Assembly (NCBI RefSeq): GCF_001194135.2
Contig: NC_068995.1
Location: 54,460,807-54,524,806 of the forward strand
Direction of reading: 5' to 3'
DNA length: 64,000 nucleotides
DNA from: Octopus bimaculoides
Lineage: Eukaryota
The translations under genes and the position numbers were made by a program. Below, piece by piece: positions 55,066 through 64,000 of this stretch. Numbering within the stretch: the stretch's first letter is position 1; each line of letters opens with the position of its first letter. The notes below the pieces were generated by a model, which was given only the letters and a program-made list of their open reading frames with translations, had not been told where the DNA came from and ran no database searches.

Positions 55066-55211
55066 TTTTTTTTTTTTTCAGCTTTATATTACATTAATCT
55101 TAATCTTAATCTTATTTCGGCCAGAGTTCTTTCGTCACACTTCTGTGACCTCATCAGTGGTCCTTTGTTTCCTTCTTTCTTATGTGTGTCTCACCTTGCT
55201 AACTATCAGCC
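55066..55211 (-). mobile_element. Short poly(A)-tailed non-autonomous retroposon candidate containing a hammerhead-like motif
   Basis: Minus strand: (TA)n | ggctgatagttagcaaggtgagacacacataagaaagaaggaaacaaa-[hammerhead-like]-gaaataagattaagattaagattaatgtaatataaagctg-A13. Confidence 0.45.
55119..55163 (-). ncRNA. Minimal type-I hammerhead-ribozyme-like fold
   Basis: Minus strand GGACCA-CUGAUGA-G-GUCAC-AGAAGU-GUGAC-GAAA-G-AA-CUC-UGGCC: both core boxes, 5-bp stem II, 2-bp stem III, CUC triplet and stem I (GGACCA/UGG-CC). One extra G before stem II and a 1-nt gap in stem I. Confidence 0.55.
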
Positions 55212-55360
55212 ATATATATATATATATATATATATATGCATACATACTTACACACACACACACGCACACATACACATATGAATTGAAGTGGAGGGAACTA
55301 GTTTCAGCTCATGAGCTGTGGCCATGCTGCAGCCCCATCATTCGGTGTTGCTTCATAGTT

Positions 55361-55435
55361 TTTCGTTTTGAAGACACGTACATCCACTGCATGTAGGTCT
55401 GTCAGGTCCTTCGGGAGGATATTGAAGATCTGTTG
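55361..55435 (-). mobile_element. CR1-type LINE 3' remnant
   Basis: Minus frame QQIFNILPKDLTDLHAVDVRVFKTK resembles the xxFNxLPxxLR..FKxxLD motif at the C-terminus of CR1/L2 ORF2. Confidence 0.6.
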
Positions 55436-56940
55436 CAATATCATGTCTTATAATCTGATGGCAAAGTTTGAATATTTGGCACTATGCATTGTTGAAAATA
55501 TAATAGGATGACTGAGTGAAAAAGTATGATGATATGACAAAATTAAACAACGCAGACTCTAAAATCTGCAGAAACATAATCACTGAACTTTTTATAGCTC
55601 AGAGAGAACGTTAACACTGCTAACGTTCTAAATGTAATTCATTGATCAGTAGAGCTACCATGACTGCTGAATTAGAAAGAAGAGATTGAACGTAACATAG
55701 ATTTTAAAGGTATTCTTAACGCAAATTTCACATCGAGACATTAGTCATGTGTGAAGTAGCACGTAATTTACAGATATATAAAATATACCAGACGTATATT
55801 TGGTCAAAAGTAATTCCCTCTCCTTCACCTTCTTGCGCCTCTTTCCCCCTCGCTCTTCCTACGCTATTATGTTCTGACACCTCTACATGATGACATACAC
55901 TTGACTGGGATATTCAGCAATCTTCTGTATACACATGAACTGGCATCGTACAACGCAGCAGACAATCAGTTAGAAAAATTACTGCAGACACTACGCATTT
56001 GTAAAAGAAATTGATATGCGATTCTGATTAGGATACGACAAGGCGACATTGAAGAGAGGATAATTAATTGCGTACATTAATATCGTGCTAAATAAAGAAA
56101 TACATGTAAGAGAATTTTAACAAATTCAATCTAACAATACTTAGAAATCGATGATGAAATCATGTTACCCACCATAACAGTATATGGTACAGTACATTAG
56201 TAAAAGGAACAATAGGCACATTAGTTTAATACATAGTACTTTGCTTAACGCAGAAACATATTAACAGGCACCAATATTCTAGCTGTCCTAGAAATATGTT
56301 TTAATACTCTCAATTGTTATAGAGCATGATTAAACTGAATGTGACAAAATTAAATGATGACCGCATTCAATGTACACGGCACACCTCGTAACACAGGAGG
56401 TTTATATTTACAGATATAATCAGATAAGAGATTGTTGAAAGCTGAACATTATTTAAAAGTACGCCCACTAGAAATACGACTTGTATTAATGAATAATTAA
56501 AGAAACCCCAGTGCAAATATGTCTTAAATGTATGGAGGAAAAAATAAAACAAGCATTGTTTTCAAGTGAATACAAAATAAAAAAAAGTAAATTAAAATAA
56601 AAAAAATATATTGGGGAAGACGAGTGGAGCATCAGAAAGGCAATGTTGTACCGATGACAGAAAAATACCGCAACAGCTGCTTAGAAATGTAGGCATGAGA
56701 CCTAAAGCACGGCAGTAGACTATTGTCCAAAGATTTCCGAGCAAAAATTATGAAAGCATTTCCTGGTACAGAGTATATTAATTATCAAAGAATACCAAAA
56801 TATTGGAGTGGAAAATCAAGAATATATCTAGAACTGATGTTGTTTGCAGAATGCGAATAACTAGAAAACTGATAGAGTGCGGGGCCTAACTATATAAAAT
56901 TACAACATATCTATATTTATAAGTAGTAAAATAAATATTT

Positions 56941-57158
56941 CCTTCTCTAGCCATGCCAGGCGCATCAGGGCTGGTTTCCCGGTATTAATGGCGTGTATAT
57001 TCCCAACGTGTACGAGACGTCGGTCCGTCGCAAGATCACTCATTTCCACCAGCAGAGTTGACCGGAGCAGCGTGAAATGACGTGTTTTGTTCAAGAACAC
57101 AATTCGTCGCCCGGTCCAGGAATCGAAACTACAATCTTACGATCTTGAGTCTAACACC
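56941..57158 (-). mobile_element. tRNA-derived SINE, family C (V/Meta-domain-like)
   Basis: Minus strand ggtgttagactcaagatcgtaagattgtagtttcgattcctggaccgggcgacgaattgtgttcttgaacaaaacacgtcatttcacg...cttgcgacggaccgacgtctcgtacacg; tRNA-like head with B-box gtttcgattcc. Distinct from families A and B. Confidence 0.75.
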
Positions 57159-60100
57159 TTGTTTATATCTATACCGGACAAAATATAAGAGCTCACATAA
57201 TGGAAATGGTGTAAACCATGAAAAGCGGATACATATATGCAATATGAAGATTGTTAAAAAAAACGATATATGACTGTTGATACTAGCAACAAAATCACAC
57301 ACTGCCAATAATGTTCTGAACAAAAGATACATTAATTTTAATATCAATTACTAAACTTCAACAAATAAATGTATATATAATAGGGTGGAGGTGCGTTGCT
57401 GTAAAATTAATGTTTAATAAACGTGGAAACAGTGTCATGGCCAAATCAGACTTATTAATCAGAATGTATAAAATAAGCAATTTTAATCGCTGCACATATC
57501 TTATACAGTGCGAATACATTGCAACGTGCGCAGACAAGATAAAACTCTCAGTCTAATATAGCGTATTCCAATTCTTTTTTAATTCTCACAAAGGATTGCA
57601 TCACTTAAAAACCCATTTTGGCTTTGTCTTGCTTGGGATTGGTTATGCTTAACTGTATTATCCACGATTTAAATCACTTAATGTACTTTAAATTATAAAA
57701 CACGGAGTGGTATGCATTGGCAGTTTATTTGTATTGCTTGCGGATTAATACAACCACTAATTAAAAAGTTTTGTAGTGGTACATTTAACTTAATCATTGA
57801 AACGAGCTAAATATAAAATGGAGAGTGAAAGTGAATTCCAAGCATGTCTGGCGTCAATTAAAGAGATTTATATACAGCGATTTAAAACTAGCGTCAGATT
57901 TCGTACAAGTAATACACTTTTCGTTCATTTCATCTTTATCATTAAATAATTTGCTACATGTTGTGGTTTAGATAATTACAGTGTTGCTCTAGTTTGGCTT
58001 AATTATTAATTCTTAATTCCTCAACTTGTGCCTTCATATCGATTATTGTATGTTAAATATTCATTGCGAATATTGTGGCGCATGCGTCCAAGATATATTT
58101 TGATACTTAAAATGTCTGATATGTATAATATGGGAAATTTCCTCCCTTCAATTAATACATGCAATGTTCTTTTGAACAAAAACTGTGCTGTATTTATCTA
58201 TTTTAAACATCAGTTTGGTAAATAATAATGACATTAACGATTTACATGTTTACGTATTGCTAATTACATTTATACACCTAACATTACAGATAACACGAAG
58301 AAAATGCACTTCCAGAAATTCTCAGTTTTAAGAATCAAGATGGAATGATGACAGAGAAAACACATTTCATAATATGTCTGCCTTAATTGATAACTACAGT
58401 AAATAGATTCTATTAAATAATACGTACATACATTTATACACACACACACATATATATATATATGGAAATAAGAGAAACTACAGGCATGGAAATGTAAAAT
58501 GTCAGCTCTGTTGATGTCGAAATTTACAATGCTTTGCATTACTTAAATTATTTTAAATTTGGCGTTCATTAAAAAAAGAATCACTTCCATAATAAGTTAA
58601 TAAATGATGCACTAACAAATTTGACAGACAACACTTGAAATGATTGTAATGATGTTCATATCACCTACGTTTTATTTTACATTTAAGATTCAATGCCAAT
58701 TTAAAGCCATTTGAAAATAAATACTGCGAATTGATATTCAAATTAAATTTTCTAATTTACCATATGTCTCAAGCGAAAGTAAAAACTAAAGTGGCCTGCA
58801 GGAAGGACCATGTTATGGAGAGCTACGTTTTGCTAGTAAAGTTTACCATTATGCCTTCATTTCTAGGCTGAAGTATTTCAATCACGCGATTATTACTCCA
58901 AACATTCCATTTGTGTTTCATATTCTATTGTGCAGTTTCTATAAATCAGCGATGTCTATTTGGAAACTCATATTCTTTCCCTTGAAGCTTTGCTTATTTT
59001 GAAAGTTGTGTTGACTGTTTTATTCACACGAGCAACATTAAGATAATAATCTATCATTTCTGTTATTGTTGGAAGCAGGTACCTGAATAATATATATCGT
59101 ATATTTTATAATTTTGCGAAAGGTTATGCGCAGAAAAATACGATAAGATAACATAGTAAATGCAACTGAAAATAAGATAATTACCAACTCAGTTTCCAAG
59201 TTTTAATATTAAAGCAGTTTGCGGAGGGAAATAATAACTGACAAAAACCTAATATCCAAATAGCATTTTGTATTCAGTTCTTATGAACACACTAGATAAT
59301 ATAGTTTTATTTACAATATTTTTGGAATATGTCTTTAATCGATTATGTAGTGTTGATACTGTAGTTTGTTGTTTTATGTTCCTGACTCATATTTCAAATA
59401 AATATTCCTGTTTAAATGAAGGATTCCCCAGGAAAATTAATTTTAAATCTAGATAGGTTTGCGATATATGTTGATGAACGAGATTTGAAGTGTTGTCAAT
59501 TAATGTAATGTTGGTATTGCTAAGGATCATAATTACCGTTTAATTTTGCAATGGATACTGTCTAAATATTCTGCAATCCGCCTCATCACACTGACAAATC
59601 AATTCAGTGTTAGAAATCAATCTCCATATTTGGAAAGCGAGACGAACAATATCAAAATCAAATTAATCTATTTATTGATTTTACGCTTATCTATGGATAT
59701 TATATATTGATTATTTCACGGACCAAATAAAATTGCTCTCTCTCTTGAACATTATATTTAGCAATCGAAATTGTTTCTTCTCTTTGAAATTCTACCTTTC
59801 AGTCACATTTAATTTGGGATAATGGAGATTTCGAAAAGGTTTGAAAATTTTCATTCATTGAGGGCGAATTGAGAAAAAAAGAGCTTTTTCAATGAAATAA
59901 ATCAATACTTTTGCTTTTGTCATATACGGATATAGAATGATGATTTATTTGTTAGTGTAACTTCTTCAAAAAATTACCCTGAAATTCAAACACGTTTGTT
60001 TAAAATATCGTTAAATATGACTGAGTGTCTAAATGTCATACTGACAACAGCAGCTAGCGATAAAATTTAGTAAATTTAAAAAGAGATTTAAATTAGAAAT

Positions 60101-61854
60101 TTCAGTATAGAAATATTACAAGACATTATTTCAAAGAAATCTTAATAACGTAATTCTTTAAATGATGACTTGCAGTTGTTCAACTCTGGTCTTACTGTAT
60201 TTTCTATAGATTCCATGGGAATCTTAATTCACAGTGCGTCTTATATCACATATAAATATAGAAGTGAGAGAATAAAGAATTATTGCATTTGTAATTCCTC
60301 TCTATTTTTGTTAATGAGAGAATTTGTGTAGAATATTCATGGAATAAGAAGAGATATTTTAAGCGTCTCTTTCTTTCTTTCTTGCCAATAACCAAGAATA
60401 TTTGGATTAAAGCGAAGAAATCGCATGATGAAATACCACCACATTTGTTGCTCCAGTTAATATTTAATTTTAACACTTTTATCGTGCCACGTATGACTCA
60501 AAATTCTCATAAATAGAATGCAAGTCCAGTTACGCTGATTAAATGGTCCAAATCTACATGCCCCATAGATTTTGGTTTTAAGAATTGCAGCTAATATTTT
60601 TGGACATTTTCGAGTTATAAGCCTTAAATAGCATTTGCGCTTCGGTGAAACACATAATCAAAAGCGTGTCGAGTGTCCAAAATACTATCTAACTACCACT
60701 GTTAATACAACTACTACAACAGACATTAAGAGTTACTACTACTACTACTACTATGTTGCTTTTTGTGTAATTGTTCTTACGACTCTCTTCTTACACGTAC
60801 CACGCGAAAAATGTTACTAATGTATTTTGGTAGTGGTTGTGGGGTAATGATCTTATAATTTTGAACTCATTGTATTGTGAGAAAATAGCTGTACAGAAAA
60901 CATTCTAATTTAATAAAACAATTTATTAACCAAATATAGTTGAGTTTTGTTACAATTTAGATATTGATTATTTGGAATTGTCACAATTTCTAATCTTATA
61001 ATATAAAGTGTGTTGATTTTATTCATTCAAGTGTTAAGATGCTTTTACTTATTCTAATTTGTTTTATGACTTTAAGCTAGAAAAAAAGTAGAGTATCCAA
61101 AAGATTGAATTATTTGTGGTATTTCTTTACAACATTTTGATATTCAACGCATTTTGGCTTCTACAACATTTCATATACAAACATCCTAGCAAAATTACAA
61201 GTTGAGTATCTGAACCTATCAAAACGATTATAGGGTAAGGAATGGTATTTACGCATAGTGATAAGTTTGATTTCAGAGCTGGGAGGTTACAGGACGTCAC
61301 CATTTAAGGTAATATACAGGCGGGCGATACTTTGGAAATGATGGGTGAAATAAAGGTAACTATGAAGCATTTTCATAATGATATTGTGTTTAAACAGAAT
61401 TATCATGCCTTGTCACTGAACAATTCACAATAATGCATTCACAACTAGTTTAAAATATGAAGAAAGTTGAAACCTATTCATCAGATGTTATAACCGTCTA
61501 TAAATTAAACTTCGCTAAGATCTCAGAAAGATTATATTTATATCTATACATNNNNNNNNNNNNNNNNNNNNNNNNNNNNNNNNNNNNNNNNNNNNNNNNN
61601 NNNNNNNNNNNNNNNNNNNNNNNNNNNNNNNNNNNNNNNNNNNNNNNNNNNNNNNNNNNNNNNNNNNNNNNNNNNNNNNNNNNNNNNNNNNNNNNNNNNN
61701 NNNNNNNNNNNNNNNNNNNNNNNNNNNNNNNNNNNNNNNNNNNNNNNNNNNNNNNNNNNNNNNNNNNNNNNNNNNNNNNNNNNNNNNNNNNNNNNNNAGA
61801 TACACAACATATACACACGCATAAATATATACATATATATATATATACATATAT

Positions 61855-62002
61855 ACGACGGGCTTCTTTCAGTTTCCGTCTACCAAATCCACTCATAAAG
61901 TTTTGGTCGGCCCGAGGCTATAGAAGACACTTGCCTAAGGTACGATACAGTGGGAATGAACCCGGAACCATATAGTTGGTAATCAAGCTACTTACCACAG
62001 AG

Positions 62003-62005
<3 letters not shown>
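61855..62005 (-). mobile_element. SINE family A, 5' half
   Basis: acgacgggcttctttcagtttccgtctaccaaatccactc...ttggtcggcccgaggctatagaagacacttgcctaagg...gaacccggaaccat...ctacttaccacagagcca; gap on one side, (CA)n on the other. Confidence 0.9.
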
Positions 62006-62041
<36 letters not shown>

Positions 62042-62089
62042 AATATATATATATATGTATATGTAATTATATATGTGTGGAGGGAGCGG

Positions 62090-62260
62090 GGGTTCGTCCA
62101 TCGCACCGTTTCGAAATGTTGTTCATTTGCGTACGTGCACTTAAGTTAGCAGTTCGGCAAAAGTGTACGATAGAATAAACGCCAGGCTTTAAAAAATACT
62201 GGAGTAGATTCATTCGACTAAGATGTCTTCAATGACTGAAGCTAGGAAATGATAAAAGAT
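62090..62260 (+). mobile_element. SINE family A, 3' module
   Basis: cttaagttagcagttcggcaaaagtgtacgatagaataaacgccaggctttaaaaaatactggagtagattcattcgactaaga...aatgactgaa; colinear with 40110-40273. Confidence 0.7.
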
Positions 62261-64000
62261 AACCTATACATGTGAACTAGACTATACTACTGGGTTTATC
62301 AATAAAATTGAACAACGAATAATGAAGTGTATCCTCTAAATACTTTAATGTTATGCTGACATATGTACAGCATTCATGGGATTCTTTATTTGGGGGTCCT
62401 CCATGCAGCATATCGTGTACGCAGAGCTATGTACACAAACATTGACACTATGATGTTATACCTACAGCATAAAACTTGAAGTTACTCCCAAAACATCCAT
62501 CTACATTCAGACTCTCACTCATTTACTTATTCATGTGTTTTTGTGCGTGATTGGCGCGTTGTACATACCTAAGAATACACTTGTATTTGCACATGCGTAT
62601 GTGTTACACACTCTACATATAACTTTGTGTGTATGTGGACATGAGCGTTATGATATGTAGCAAACTTCATACACACCGGAACATTAATGTATATTATTAA
62701 GAAAGTCCCTATGAAAAGTAATATAGCATATCCAGTTCTTTGTTTCATAAAATTTAATGCAAATTTGCGACTCAGTAATATCAGTGGTTGTCCTTAAGTT
62801 TAAATTTCAGTAGAAATCGTCGTTTCGCAAATATGATATGTGCATGCATAATGAGTAATATCAGGAGAGGAATTTTGAAATATCTTCTGCAACTGCGTGG
62901 GCGTGCTGGCAACAGAAAAATCGCAGAATTCAAGTTTAGGTAATATGTACTCATAGTAAGAATTAGAACTACACCCCCATATAAATACACCGAATTGTCA
63001 GTTCTGAAATCCTTTAAATTTTAAGCATATTCTGTGAATGTGGATATTGTGTTAAAAAAAAAAGAATATTAACGACTGAAAAATAACACACCAACAATTA
63101 TAATATACAAATTTTACTGAATCTGCGCAATGTAACAGCCTAATTTCCATTACATCACACACTGACATCTTAATAAAAGTGAGAGGACAGTGGATTGTAG
63201 AGATTTAGATAATGTATGCTGGGTAGAAGCAAAGTCTGCTGCAATACTTCCATTCATAAGGAGACATGATCAGTGAATATATGTGGCTAACCACCAATAT
63301 AAAAACAAATCTAGCATGTTAATTTTACATATATCTACACATTCTACTTTATATCAAATGTTATCAATATAGGTACTATATATAGACAACGTACTATAAA
63401 CTCAAATGAATATAAACGAAGCGATTATTTTGTGTGTTACAATAATGCGGAAGTAATTACATTATAATCACAAACTTATTAGATTCTCTGAAGAGCGGGG
63501 AGTAGAAAAACACATTTAGATGGCTGTGTAATTACGATTTATATATTTTTATAGTGGTCATATAAATAGTGTAAAAGAAAAAAAAATAGAAAGAATTCAG
63601 GAGAGATGAATGATGTGGAAGTAGAGGAACAAGATTTTAAAACAAATCGAACACTAAAGAAGAACAAAAAAATAATAATAAACAGAGACAAAATTTTTAT
63701 AAAAATGTTAGAGAGCGATCAACACGAACAACAAGAAGAACTAATGCGAGAATTAAAAACATACATCAAAAAAGCTAATTCAAACTACGAGTTAAATGTA
63801 CAGAAGTTGTGAAAAAAAAAAACATTAACATTCTCACTGTCTTGTTTTTCCTTGTGAAAAAATTGACATTAATTTTATGTAATCTCAGCTTTGATGTTTA
63901 CTTCAATTGTTTAGTGTGTAAATTAGAATTTGATGCAGCTGCAGCACCGGCTGCTGCTACTACTGCTACTCCTATTACTGCTGCAGATATCAAGTGTAGT

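Noticed and set aside
56620-56720. DDRKIPQQLL, resembling an RTE C-terminus
   Set aside because: Too short and frameshifted to call; possibly a very old LINE remnant.
63487-63530. ctctgaagagcgggg, a possible third hammerhead start
   Set aside because: No stem II or correctly placed GAAA. Other CTGATGA hits (minus strand near 1300, 44720, 50790, 61480) also failed to fold.
63606-63812. 68-aa charged ORF MNDVEVEEQDFK...
   Set aside because: A-rich, low-complexity sequence with no domain or splice support.
63935-64000. Ala/Thr-rich reading AAAAPAAATTATP
   Set aside because: Better explained as a degenerate (CTG/CTA)n microsatellite; cut off by the window edge.

Overview
AT-rich, microsatellite-saturated eukaryotic DNA from a gapped draft assembly (16 N-runs, about 5 kb, nearly all bounded by (TA)n, (CA)n or (CT)n). 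The SINE families and overall composition point to an octopus genome; this is inference, not a database result. I found no intact protein-coding gene. The long ORFs in the supplied track are artefacts of N-runs and dinucleotide repeats, and the window looks intronic or intergenic, with only weak splice-bounded exon candidates (best: 17396-17631 +). What can be supported is mobile-element debris: three tRNA-derived SINE families (called A, B and C here; about 20 copies or half-copies), two consecutive pieces of an R4/Dong-type restriction-like-endonuclease LINE embedded in trinucleotide microsatellites, RTE and CR1 LINE remnants, two maT/DD37D-like Tc1/mariner transposase remnants, and several long inverted repeats. 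The most interesting items are: (1) a ~145-bp poly(A)-tailed element at 55066-55211 (-) carrying a minimal type-I hammerhead-ribozyme-like fold, plus a second, degenerate hammerhead-like motif at 46437-46483; (2) apparent partitioning of elements by microsatellite class; (3) a ~570-bp SINE-containing palindrome at 36306-36872 that looks like an inverted duplication; (4) a 163-bp near-perfect hairpin at 25791-25953.
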